From: an uncultured Nitrososphaerota archaeon
GTDB taxonomy: Archaea; Asgardarchaeota; Njordarchaeia; Njordarchaeales; Njordarchaeaceae
Length of the DNA stretch: 54,401 nt
Direction: 5' to 3'
Assembly (NCBI GenBank): GCA_964518475.1
Contig: CAZFGR010000013.1
Span: 1 to 54,401 of the forward strand
The notes under the pieces: generated by a model
Told to the model about the DNA's origin: nothing
The model's database searches: none
What the model saw: the letters and a program-made list of their open reading frames with translations, nothing else
Made by a program: the position numbers and the translations under genes
Shown here: positions 10,775 through 20,338 of the stretch, in pieces
Layout: each line of letters opens with the position of its first letter
Position numbering within the stretch: position 1 is the stretch's first letter

Positions 10775-12427
10775 ATGCTTAAGAGAAAGAAACTTTTATT
10801 TATTTTTTTCATAATTAGTGGCGTCCTTTTATCTTCTCTTACTATTAATTTTCTTAGAACTTCTTTTGATAATTGGAGCGGAAGAGAAAAAAACCAATTT
10901 AATATTATCTGGAAGTTTAAGACATCTAGTTTTATATCATATGGACCCGTTGTGGTTGATTTGGAGAATGATGGTTTTCCTGAAGTTGTCCTTTTAAATG
11001 TGGAGGGAGTTTATGTTCTAAATGGCTTTAATGGTTCCGTTAAATGGTTTAAGTGTATCGATCAGCCACATTCTGATTACGCTCTATACTCCTTTGCTTT
11101 GGGCGATGTTAGTGGTGATGGCGTTCTAGACATCGTTTTTATTGGTGATATTTATCCAGATTGGATAGGCTCCATCGGGGCTTTAGATGGGGTTAACGGA
11201 TCCTTATTATGGGAAGTGAGACTGAAATATCTTCTTACTGATACACTTCTTGTTGGCTTGGGTGACTTGAACAGCGATGGTCATGCCGATGCTGTCACCT
11301 ATGATGGGTTCGCCCGCTTATACGCTGTTGATGGATCTGATGGCTCCATTCTATGGGTCAGGAGTATTGGTAGGGTACCATACGTCTTCGCTTTGGGGGA
11401 TTTGGATAATGACGATGGTGATGATGTGGTTGTTGGGGGTGGTGATCATTTGGTAGCTTTGGATGGAGAGACGGGAGAGATCATTTGGGTAAATAATGAG
11501 GCTAAGTATTATCCAATCATAGCCGACTTTAATAAAGATGGTTCATTGGAGGTTCTCGCCTTTGGCCAGAATAATGCTTACCTAATCAATGGTGAGAATG
11601 GTTCAATTATTTGGACCTCTCCAGATTTTGAAGAAGTAGCATCTTACCACACAATAGTCACTGACTTGGCACAACATTTACTCTCAGCTGTCGGTGATAT
11701 AAATGGAGATGGTTTTTTGGACATAGTAGTGCTTCATGATTCTTGGAGGAAATTGTATATCATTAGTGGCTCTGATGGATCATTATTGCTGGAAAAGGAT
11801 ATTGGAGTTCTCTTTAAAGAGTTAAGAGGTGTCCACTATGCCAGCGATATCATTCTTGCTGATCTGGATAACGATATGCAATTAGACATTTTGTTTTACA
11901 TACCATTTGATAACATTGCTCCAGGTAAGAAAATGATTTACGCGTTAGATGGTCAGAGTCTCACATTACTCTGGTACTTCGAAGCTCCAGCTTGGGCTGA
12001 TCTAGTCGCGATTTCTCTAGGCGACTTGGATAATGATGAGTATTCCGAGATTGTCTATAGGGGGGAAAGCGTTGTTTATGCTTTAAAGTGTTCCTGTTTT
12101 GGTAAATTGGTTTATTGGGAGGGTTTTGGTGGCTCTCCCTCTAATAGCTTTAATGTTAGGAGGTTTGATCGGGATTTCGATGGTCTATCCGATAGAGATG
12201 AGGTCTTGCTCGGCACTAATCCGGTTTCGAGGGATAGTGACGGGGATGGGTATGGAGACTATGTTGAGGTGTATCATTATTCAGATCCGCTGGATCCGAC
12301 AAGTATACCGAGACAAGAGACAGGTTGGCAAAGAATACTGTACTCAACTCCGCCAGCAGTAGCTATAGCTCTAGTCATAGTATATCTCTATAAGAAGAAA
12401 TCGAGGAAAAAGAAAAAGAAAGAATAA
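10775..12427 (+). CDS. Membrane-anchored FG-GAP/VCBS (PQQ-like) beta-propeller protein with DxDxDG Ca-binding repeats
   Basis: Repeated (L)GD(L)xxDG..D(I/V)V and ALDG..G.LLW units, DFDGLSD..E...GTNP...DSDGDG repeats, C-terminal TM plus poly-Lys. Start at ATG 10775 after GAGGAGG. Confidence 0.85.
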   Translation: MLKRKKLLFIFFIISGVLLSSLTINFLRTSFDNWSGREKNQFNIIWKFKTSSFISYGPVVVDLENDGFPEVVLLNVEGVYVLNGFNGSVKWFKCIDQPHSDYALYSFALGDVSGDGVLDIVFIGDIYPDWIGSIGALDGVNGSLLWEVRLKYLLTDTLLVGLGDLNSDGHADAVTYDGFARLYAVDGSDGSILWVRSIGRVPYVFALGDLDNDDGDDVVVGGGDHLVALDGETGEIIWVNNEAKYYPIIADFNKDGSLEVLAFGQNNAYLINGENGSIIWTSPDFEEVASYHTIVTDLAQHLLSAVGDINGDGFLDIVVLHDSWRKLYIISGSDGSLLLEKDIGVLFKELRGVHYASDIILADLDNDMQLDILFYIPFDNIAPGKKMIYALDGQSLTLLWYFEAPAWADLVAISLGDLDNDEYSEIVYRGESVVYALKCSCFGKLVYWEGFGGSPSNSFNVRRFDRDFDGLSDRDEVLLGTNPVSRDSDGDGYGDYVEVYHYSDPLDPTSIPRQETGWQRILYSTPPAVAIALVIVYLYKKKSRKKKKKE

Positions 12428-12452
12428 CGCAAAGGCTTTAGCGTCTTTTTTA
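12427..12452. terminator. Hairpin plus T-tract between convergent genes
   Basis: ACGC-AAAG-G-CTTT-A-GCGT followed by CTTTTTT, directly after the stop of 10775..12427. Confidence 0.5.
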
Positions 12453-12454
12453 AT

Positions 12455-13432
12455 CTATTTCCTTCTTATTAGAATGATTCCTGCTATGATAGCAATGATT
12501 GCTGCTCCGGCCCATAGGTACGGGGATGTAACTATTTTAAGTACTCCTTGAGTGGGTGCTTCTTCTTTCTCTATTAGGATGCTTGGGTCGTGTTCGAGGG
12601 TTCCTTCGAAGTGTGGATATACTATGTATTGAGCTGCGCTACCGTGTCTGAAGTCGTCTGTTGCATTAACTTTTTCCTCGTATTCTGTACCGTTGTGGTA
12701 TCTGACTCTTACGTTTTCACGGAACGTAAAGACTCCCTTAGCACCTACATTGTCTCCTCTCATCTCTACTCTATGCATGGCGTGCTCTTCCTCTCTTACA
12801 TGGTGCATCTCTGGTGCTCTCTCTTCTTTCTCTCCTCTAAAGTGTCCAGCGAAGAGTATCATTAATGCTAATTTTGACTCATTATTGTGCCATGGCCAGT
12901 CACTAATTATTACATCAATTTTTAGTTCCGCACCACCCTTCACGACATAACCTTCGATGCTTACATCTTTGTCAAAGATGTGGTTAACGAATGTCACGTT
13001 TACTCTCTCTTCCTGCATTCCAGCTCTATGCGTTATTACTGCTACATAACCCTCCATAACCACTCTTAACTCCGTGCTATTCTCTGGACCTGGTAACACT
13101 GCCGCCGTAATGTTCCATTGATCATGCGCCGTTAATTCAGCCCTCGCTAGAATAGTGTCGCCCATGGGATCAAATTCCCCGTCCTCATCTACGTCGATAA
13201 ACTCTATTATTTTAACGAACTTTACTATGTAAACTGCTGTATCGTTTTCTCCAGGTATCCAGAATTTGTATTGGGGTGTTCTTTGGTGGAACTGAACAAT
13301 TATTCCGCTAGCTTCGATAGTAGCGGTATCGGAGTTCCATCTAGGTTTTGATTGAGCAAAAGCCTGAGATGGAGCAGCCATAAGAACTAGTCCTAGGAAG
13401 ATCACTGGAAGTAATCTCTTTATCGTTAACAT
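12455..13432 (-). CDS. Secreted type I membrane protein of unknown function (beta-sandwich)
   Basis: Signal peptide (..APSQAFA), DVDEDGEFD loop, ELKIDVIISDWPW and YPHF..TLEHDPSI motifs, C-terminal TM plus RRK. Confidence 0.75.
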   Translation of the reverse strand: MLTIKRLLPVIFLGLVLMAAPSQAFAQSKPRWNSDTATIEASGIIVQFHQRTPQYKFWIPGENDTAVYIVKFVKIIEFIDVDEDGEFDPMGDTILARAELTAHDQWNITAAVLPGPENSTELRVVMEGYVAVITHRAGMQEERVNVTFVNHIFDKDVSIEGYVVKGGAELKIDVIISDWPWHNNESKLALMILFAGHFRGEKEERAPEMHHVREEEHAMHRVEMRGDNVGAKGVFTFRENVRVRYHNGTEYEEKVNATDDFRHGSAAQYIVYPHFEGTLEHDPSILIEKEEAPTQGVLKIVTSPYLWAGAAIIAIIAGIILIRRK

Positions 13433-13530
13433 TTCATAATCACCACTAATTTATGGTTCAGAGAAAAAGTAATGATAAGAAGAAGTATATAAGGACTGCT
13501 AACAAATCGTATAGACAAATTGTGAAATAT

Positions 13531-15258
13531 CTAAACTATTAAGTGAATAAGAAGAGGAACTATGGAGAAGATCGTTATTGCAAATAATACGAGCCCTTCC
13601 CCGCTCATTACGCCCGATAGGATAGCATTCCACTTTGATCTTTCCCGCATATAAGCTTTTTGATCTCCCCTATATTTTCTAGAAATCCAGTAGTCAATGA
13701 ATGCTCCGATGGAAGCTATCCATAGATATGATGGTGGAATAATCATTCCTATAGCTATTAGTATTGGAGAGAGCCTCTTAAGACCTCTTTTCTGCAGAAA
13801 AACCCATATAATTATTGTCAGCAATACGCTGATTACTAAGAGACTTGGCTTTATCATTGGTGGGAGCTTCCTCTCTTTAATACCGATGTAGAACAGAAGA
13901 ATGTATCCTCCTAATAATTTAGCCATCGGAGCCGGCCAATTACTGCTTCCTACACCTCCCTGATAATAGTGTATCGCTAGGAATAATGAGGGGCCCGTTA
14001 TTATTCCAGTTAGTCCTCCTATAAGAACTGCTTCCAATGTTTTTCTAGCGTCCACACCGATTATGGAGCAGAACTTTACTCTCCTTATGAAGGAGATTGC
14101 TATTGATTCAAAAACACCTACTATCGCGAAAGCTAGAAGAATCGACTCAAAACTAGGCGCAAATATAAAAAGAACAATGATAAGGGTTGCATCAAGTGTT
14201 ATACTTGTAGAAAAGCCAGTTTCTCCAGCCGCTCTTACAGCGAATATGGCAGAGATAAAGACTATTGGAAGTGCAACTAAGATGATCTCTACTACTTCCA
14301 ATAATTTACTGAAGGGAAGCTCTCCCGTAAGCCAGAGAGATACAAAGGCTACACATGGAAGGAGAACTAATGAGAGAGCACTCATAATTTTAATTCTTCT
14401 AGATTCCTTATCAATTGAGGAGATAGATGATTTTATTCCTTTAGAATAGCTTATAAGTGATAGAATTGCAGTAGTGATCATCATTGGGACTGCTACACTA
14501 TAGATGAATGGGTTGAAGAAATGTTGTTGAACACTAATTGCGGGATCACCACCCTCCACGAAAAACCAAACAAGCATAGAGTAAACAACTCCACCCATGA
14601 GAAAGAGATAGCCGAGATACGATATGAAAAAACCTAGACCTGCGTAGAGGGGACTAATAGTTACCCCAGTGAAACTTAGTCTGTTCTCCTTATCTCCTCT
14701 TCCACTAAGGTCTATCTGATAAAGTCCTGTAGCCATTAGAGACGAGCTAGCCAGGATCGAAAAGCCCATACCCTTCAAAGCATACCTTAATTCTTCTGAG
14801 CCTGTCTTCTCTAGAACCTTAACCATATAAGCCATCGGAGTTACTAAAGGCCATCTTAATTGAACAAACTCCCTATGCAGTGGGTATAATAGAAAAACTC
14901 CCAAGAATACCCCTGGGACAAGGAGAGAAATAATTAGTCTGAAAGTAATAGGAATTGAAAAAGAGATATAATCCTTGTAAACAAGTAAGGCTACGATAGG
15001 ATCAATAAAACCCATGGCTGCGAGATTACACGCCCCAGCAATTGTTAAAATCATAGCATTTTCCCTAGCATCATAACCCCCCGTTAATGACAGAATCAGA
15101 TAACCAATTATAAAGATCCCAGCAAGCGCTACGATACCAACCTTTAGATATAGGTAAATAGCGATAAATGTAAATACTACTCCGAGCATAACACCCGCGA
15201 CGATAGCTCTTCTCGTCAATGGATAGCTTCCCATGATAGGACTCCCACTAAGTATCAA
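13531..15258 (-). CDS. OPT/YSL-family oligopeptide transporter
   Basis: LTRRAIVAG, YLYLKVG, ENA, RAAGETG, PAPMA and SG.MSGEGL motifs; highly hydrophobic. Confidence 0.75.
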   Translation of the reverse strand: MILSGSPIMGSYPLTRRAIVAGVMLGVVFTFIAIYLYLKVGIVALAGIFIIGYLILSLTGGYDARENAMILTIAGACNLAAMGFIDPIVALLVYKDYISFSIPITFRLIISLLVPGVFLGVFLLYPLHREFVQLRWPLVTPMAYMVKVLEKTGSEELRYALKGMGFSILASSSLMATGLYQIDLSGRGDKENRLSFTGVTISPLYAGLGFFISYLGYLFLMGGVVYSMLVWFFVEGGDPAISVQQHFFNPFIYSVAVPMMITTAILSLISYSKGIKSSISSIDKESRRIKIMSALSLVLLPCVAFVSLWLTGELPFSKLLEVVEIILVALPIVFISAIFAVRAAGETGFSTSITLDATLIIVLFIFAPSFESILLAFAIVGVFESIAISFIRRVKFCSIIGVDARKTLEAVLIGGLTGIITGPSLFLAIHYYQGGVGSSNWPAPMAKLLGGYILLFYIGIKERKLPPMIKPSLLVISVLLTIIIWVFLQKRGLKRLSPILIAIGMIIPPSYLWIASIGAFIDYWISRKYRGDQKAYMRERSKWNAILSGVMSGEGLVLFAITIFSIVPLLIHLIV

Positions 15259-15440
15259 TTAGAACATATGTCTCAAAACAAAATTAGTACTCTTTTAACC
15301 CTTTTCTAAATACCAAAAGCTTTCTCAAACACCGATTAATTCCTCTTATTTTTCTCTTCCATATTTTTGACAATACGGACTAATTCTGTATCTAGGGCTA
15401 GTAGTATTTACGAGAGAAAGAAAGGACGCCTAGAAGCAAT

Positions 15441-15449
15441 TTTTAAAAA
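15441..15449 (+). promoter_or_regulatory. Probable TATA box for the C/D sRNA
   Basis: TTTTAAAAA about 27-35 nt upstream of the C box at 15476. Confidence 0.4.
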
Positions 15450-15471
15450 CCCGTGTTTTTCTAAATAATAC

Positions 15472-15535
15472 TATCTAGATGAGGACTAGAGGCCCCGGAC
15501 TGAAGAGTTATGATGAGCTTCTACTCAACCGATAA
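15472..15535 (+). ncRNA. Archaeal double-guide box C/D sRNA
   Basis: C TAGATGA (15476-82), guide GGACTAGAGGCCCCGGA, D' CTGA (15500-03), C' ATGATGA (15510-16), guide GCTTCTACTCAA, degenerate D CCGA (15529-32). About 57 nt from C to D, intergenic, GC-rich guide. Confidence 0.75.
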
Positions 15536-15563
15536 CATTTCTTGTCCGTCCCAGAATTCAGAT

Positions 15564-16226
15564 CTACTCCGTTATATATTGTAAAGCTTGTTCAACAACT
15601 TTTCTTACATCTCCCTTATACGCCATTCCATGGCCGGGGCAGAGAATACTCGCTTGTATATCTTTTAACTTTTTCAGACTATTTATTAGTAGGGAAATAT
15701 CTCCTGTCGGTAAATCTGTTCTTCCATAGGCTCCATTCTCAAAAATAGTATCACCCGTGATGAGGGCATAGATCTCTGGAACATATATTGATATGCTCCC
15801 TATTGTATGTCCGGGCGTGTGGATTATTCTGAGAGTGACGCCACCGAGATCTATAATGTCACCATCTTTTAATGCTGTATCACATTTTATCGGTTCTAAC
15901 CTGGATACGCCGAAGAATAGTGCTACAGTAGCATAAGTGTCTCCGTTTTCCAAATATTCTTTTTCGTTTTCGTGTATAAGTAGTTTCCCATCCAGTCTTT
16001 CTTTAACTAGTTTAGCTCCACCAATATGATCATAGTGCATATGAGTGCAGATAATATAGCATTCCCCTTCTCTAATTCCCCAATTCTCTAACGCAGAGAG
16101 AACTTTCTCAACGTGCTCTGGTAACCCAGGATCAATAATCGCGAACGCCTTTTCCCCCACAACGATATAAGTATTTGAGGAGTATCCCTGAGCTTCGACC
16201 ATATATAGTTTCTCTGTAAGTCTCAT
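15564..16226 (-). CDS. MBL-fold metallo-hydrolase (glyoxalase II-like)
   Basis: THMHYDHIGG, HTPGHT, TGD and PGHG motifs. Confidence 0.9.
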   Translation of the reverse strand: MRLTEKLYMVEAQGYSSNTYIVVGEKAFAIIDPGLPEHVEKVLSALENWGIREGECYIICTHMHYDHIGGAKLVKERLDGKLLIHENEKEYLENGDTYATVALFFGVSRLEPIKCDTALKDGDIIDLGGVTLRIIHTPGHTIGSISIYVPEIYALITGDTIFENGAYGRTDLPTGDISLLINSLKKLKDIQASILCPGHGMAYKGDVRKVVEQALQYITE

Positions 16227-16394
16227 TTATTCGCCCCTTTTAGAATAGACAAAATTATATGTCCTATTGGCTTCTTATCATTACCTTACAATAATAGTTA
16301 TTAATATGAATCCTCACACGGTCTTGCATGCATATGTGTAAAAAAATTATATATGTAACTTTGTGTTCATACTTCATTATATCTTGTCGTACTA

Positions 16395-17504
16395 GTGATG
16401 CTTATGCAACAAAAACACCTAGTAGTGCTCGGTACCTCATTAGTAATTGCGGGAGAGACACTATCGTTCCTAGGTTTTCCAGTTTCTTTCAGCGTTTTCT
16501 TGGGCTATGAAGCTCCGCTGCTCCTAATTTTGCTGGGTCTTGTATCATTGATTGCTTATTTATGGGCTAGAAGAGTTTTCTTCGTAAAGGTCTTTTATCT
16601 CACATTACTCTTTTTGTCAATAATTTTCTTGGTTTTATTATTCAGTGTAGAGGCTACATTCACATACGTGCTTAATGCGTTAGCATACATGGGCTTATCT
16701 TGGATAGTTTATAGAGCTGTATCAGAAGAAGGAAGCCAAGTAGAAAATAGCAGCAGCAAGATCATGGCTATGGATAAGAGTAAATCTTCTGAGTACGTTG
16801 TAGAGCTTATTGATGTGAAGAAGGATTATGTGGTGGGACCAATAATTGTGCACGCGCTTCGAGGAATTAATATGAAGATTCGCAGAGGAGAGTTCGTGGC
16901 AATAATGGGTCCATCAGGTTCTGGAAAATCAACTTTACTGAATCTTATAGGTGCTTTGGATAGACCGACCTCTGGTAAAATAATCATTGACGGTGTGGAT
17001 ATCTCACAACTATCCGAGGATGAGTTAGCTGAGTTCAGAAATAAGAAGATAGGTTTTATTTTTCAACAGTTTAACCTAATAACTAGAACAACAGTCCTTA
17101 GAAATATAGAATTACCCGCTATCGTTGCTGGAGTTCCTCCAGAAGAGCGCCGAAGACGGGCCTTAGAACTCTTAAGGCTTGTTGGATTGACGAAGGAAGA
17201 GGCTATTCGTAGACCGGTTTATCTGAGTGGAGGGCAACAACAGAGAGTAGCTATTGTTAGAGCTCTAATGAATAATCCCTCCATAATCTTAGCAGATGAA
17301 CCTACTGGTAATCTCGATTCTAAAACTGGCGCTGAGATAGTTAAGCTTTTGAGGGAAATGAACGAAAAATTCGGGACAACAATAATTCTTGTTACTCATG
17401 ATAAGGAGGTAGCCCGAGCAGCTGATAGGATATTATATATTAGGGATGGAAAAATTGTAGGAGAGGAAATTTTGAGGAGGGAAAAATATGTCAACTCGAG
17501 TTAA
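16395..17504 (+). CDS. LolD/MacB-type ABC ATPase with N-terminal transmembrane extension
   Basis: About 110 hydrophobic N-terminal aa, then [28 protein letters not shown] and VTHD. Confidence 0.88.
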   Translation: MMLMQQKHLVVLGTSLVIAGETLSFLGFPVSFSVFLGYEAPLLLILLGLVSLIAYLWARRVFFVKVFYLTLLFLSIIFLVLLFSVEATFTYVLNALAYMGLSWIVYRAVSEEGSQVENSSSKIMAMDKSKSSEYVVELIDVKKDYVVGPIIVHALRGINMKIRRGEFVAIMGPSGSGKSTLLNLIGALDRPTSGKIIIDGVDISQLSEDELAEFRNKKIGFIFQQFNLITRTTVLRNIELPAIVAGVPPEERRRRALELLRLVGLTKEEAIRRPVYLSGGQQQRVAIVRALMNNPSIILADEPTGNLDSKTGAEIVKLLREMNEKFGTTIILVTHDKEVARAADRILYIRDGKIVGEEILRREKYVNSS

Positions 17505-19074
17505 GGCATCGATAATTTTGTTCTGCCTATTATTTTATGTAACTTTTTATGCAGGAGTTTCTGGCTCTGGATACTCTATAGCTAGAGTCTCGGCGAGTAG
17601 TGTTGAGTTTCGAGTAGAAGATGTTTTTTGGGGTACTCTTGGTAATAGGATTACTCCCAGCGCAGGAATGATTAATGTTCCCTTAACAATAGTGGTTAGG
17701 AATTACTCTAACAATACTCTTAGAGGCGTAATAGGTACACTAAACCTAACCTATCCCTTCACTGATTACCAGACGGGATCAAATCAATCAAGAGCACGAG
17801 CAGAGCCTATTGAACAGGAGAGCGTGTTTAACCAAACTGGAGATATTCTACCCATGGGCTCGTTCGCGTTAACCTTCTACCTCAATATAGATGATAACGC
17901 TACTAAGGGAGAGTACTTATGTCTCCTTAAAATAGAGTATTCCATCAAGAATGGTTCCTTCTTCATAATTGGTCAGCCAAAGATTATCGAAGTATCAATA
18001 AGTCTTCCTAATCACCCCCCAACTGTGGAATCCTACTCACCTTCCCAGACTACTCTAACACTGAGTATTGGTAGCTCGGTTAATTTCACTGTCGAAGCAT
18101 CTGATCAGGATAATGATTCTCTGACGTATGAATGGGAATTGAATGGGGAAATCGTTGCTAAGGGCACAAATTATACCTTCGTAGCTACTGAGAACTATAC
18201 TGGATCTAATACTTTAGTATGCACTATTGATGATGGCGAAGCAACAACAAGTATAACATGGACCATCATTGTCCAGAGCATATCCTCCACCAAGCTCTGG
18301 GTATCTACCCAATACATCGTTGCTGGTATGGAGAATAAGTTAACTATTAAGATTAGGAATGACGAGTGGACGGGTACTGTGACCGCTACCTTTATGGCCA
18401 TGCAACCTCTTGTAATAATGGGTAATAATACATTCACTTTCGAAAATATCAATCCTGGAGATACAGTATCCTTCAATATTACTCTCTATGCACCAGATAC
18501 TGCTCTAGGAGCGACGACTCAATGCACGGTATCTATCACTTACAATAATGAGAATGGAGAATTATTCACGGAGAATCTGGCTATTGGTCTTATAATAAGG
18601 GGAATGATAACTATTATGATCTATGACATAGAGATAGATCCGCAACCAGTGAGCCCTGGAGAAAAAATAACAATCACGGGAGTCATTCTCAATCGCGGAA
18701 ATGTCAAAGCACAATTCGTTAATGTATCTATAGTACCAAGTTCCCTACTCTCATTATTCGCTGGCAGTTTTGAGTATATTGGCGATCTAGACCCCAACTC
18801 TCCTACACCATTTACGATATACGCGTACTTGAGAGAGGATGTTAAGAACGGTACATACTCCATTAGAATCACCGTGGATTACTTAGACGATATCTACGAG
18901 CCTCACACCTATGTAAAAGAGCTATCATTTACAGTTATTGAGAAATCTACGGAATCGTCTCAAACCGAGGGGCAGCAATCATTTACTATTGTCCAGTATG
19001 GCTGGGTTATTGTGTTATTGGTGGCTGTAACAGCAATGAGTATTCTCTACCTAAGAGGGAGAAAACATGTTTAA
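17488..19074 (+). CDS. COG1361-like S-layer/CARDB Ig-domain protein, C-terminal TM
   Basis: Signal peptide, repeated Ig-like units (N.G..A, YIGDL.P), PKD-like insert (ASDQDND.LTYEW), many NxS/T sequons; lies between ABC ATPase and permease. Confidence 0.75.
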   Translation: MSTRVKASIILFCLLFYVTFYAGVSGSGYSIARVSASSVEFRVEDVFWGTLGNRITPSAGMINVPLTIVVRNYSNNTLRGVIGTLNLTYPFTDYQTGSNQSRARAEPIEQESVFNQTGDILPMGSFALTFYLNIDDNATKGEYLCLLKIEYSIKNGSFFIIGQPKIIEVSISLPNHPPTVESYSPSQTTLTLSIGSSVNFTVEASDQDNDSLTYEWELNGEIVAKGTNYTFVATENYTGSNTLVCTIDDGEATTSITWTIIVQSISSTKLWVSTQYIVAGMENKLTIKIRNDEWTGTVTATFMAMQPLVIMGNNTFTFENINPGDTVSFNITLYAPDTALGATTQCTVSITYNNENGELFTENLAIGLIIRGMITIMIYDIEIDPQPVSPGEKITITGVILNRGNVKAQFVNVSIVPSSLLSLFAGSFEYIGDLDPNSPTPFTIYAYLREDVKNGTYSIRITVDYLDDIYEPHTYVKELSFTVIEKSTESSQTEGQQSFTIVQYGWVIVLLVAVTAMSILYLRGRKHV

Positions 19075-20251
19075 AGAGTTCCTAATACTTGCATTTGAAG
19101 CTCTTAAGGAAAGGAAACTGAGAGCCTCTCTGACAATACTCATGGTGTTGATAGGATGTAGCTTATTAATAGCCGTGGACGGTATAAGCGCTGGAACACT
19201 ATACTATATCAATGAACAATTTGAGAAACTTGGAACCAATGTTTTGATAGTTACACCGCGGAGTACAACTGTTAAAATAGATAGGTACATGGTAGACTAT
19301 ATCAAAAACATAGAAGGAGTAAAAGATGCTGTTCCAGTGTATTCGCAAACAGTAACCGCGAATATACGCGGAGAAGAGATCACTGTGACACTAATAGGGG
19401 TCGATAATTCTAAACTTCCACTTATATTTCCCGGCTTACAACTCCGCGAAGGATCCTACGTGCCAGAAGGTGATACTATTGGGGCATTAGTTGGTTATCA
19501 GTTAGCTTATCCAGCCCCAGGAGAAATCCTCGCAGAGATCGGGCACGCTATAAAGCTTTCTTGGATGGAAGTCGTCGGTGAGGAAGTAATAAAGCATGAG
19601 AGAAGCTTTATAGTCCGAGGCATTCTTGATCACTTCGGTGCCATGTTTCTACCAGTAGATCGTTCAATATTTATATCAACGACAGCCGCTAAGAGTTTTC
19701 TGAATAGAGGCGATTCTTATGATCTATTATTCATAGTGGCGAAGGATCCATCTTATCATGAGCATATAAGCGAGGCCATTTCTTCTAAATATGATGTAGA
19801 CGTAATTTCCATGCAGTTAATAATAAATGTTGTCAACAATGTTTTATCAGCCATAACATTCTTCGTCAATAGTATAGCGCTTGTTTCATTAATAGTCGCT
19901 GGTGTTGGCATAATCACCACTCTATGGACATCTGTTATGGAGAGAATCCGAGAAATTGGTGTTCTAAAAGCTATTGGTTTTAAGAACCATCACGTTCTCA
20001 TACTGTTCCTAAACGAGGCTATAATCATTGGACTATTAGGGTCCTCACTAGGCTCAATTACTGGAGTAGTCCTCTCCCATGTTATGAAGAATGTTTTATT
20101 ACCAGAGTTCACGTGGATCAAACCAACATTCACTATCTTCTCGTTCATAAAAACATGGGCACTCTCAATAGTCCTCAGTATTATCTCTGGTTTATATCCA
20201 GCATGGAGGGCCTCTAAGTGGGATCCAGTTATAGCGCTCAGGTACGAATAG
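19067..20251 (+). CDS. MacB/FtsX-type ABC permease
   Basis: ERKLRASLT, ERIREIGVLKAIG and YPAWRAS..DPV.ALRYE motifs. Confidence 0.9.
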   Translation: MFKEFLILAFEALKERKLRASLTILMVLIGCSLLIAVDGISAGTLYYINEQFEKLGTNVLIVTPRSTTVKIDRYMVDYIKNIEGVKDAVPVYSQTVTANIRGEEITVTLIGVDNSKLPLIFPGLQLREGSYVPEGDTIGALVGYQLAYPAPGEILAEIGHAIKLSWMEVVGEEVIKHERSFIVRGILDHFGAMFLPVDRSIFISTTAAKSFLNRGDSYDLLFIVAKDPSYHEHISEAISSKYDVDVISMQLIINVVNNVLSAITFFVNSIALVSLIVAGVGIITTLWTSVMERIREIGVLKAIGFKNHHVLILFLNEAIIIGLLGSSLGSITGVVLSHVMKNVLLPEFTWIKPTFTIFSFIKTWALSIVLSIISGLYPAWRASKWDPVIALRYE

Positions 20252-20338
20252 TGCGCTATTACTAAACACTATTAATTTTTATAGGATTTCCTTGGTTTAT
20301 ACTTTGGCACTATTGTAATGTATGTTGAGGTATACTTA

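Noticed and set aside
10900-12300. Repetitive GATGGT-rich DNA as a CRISPR or tandem repeat array
   Set aside because: Explained by protein-level FG-GAP repeats; no identical repeat-spacer units anywhere in the window.
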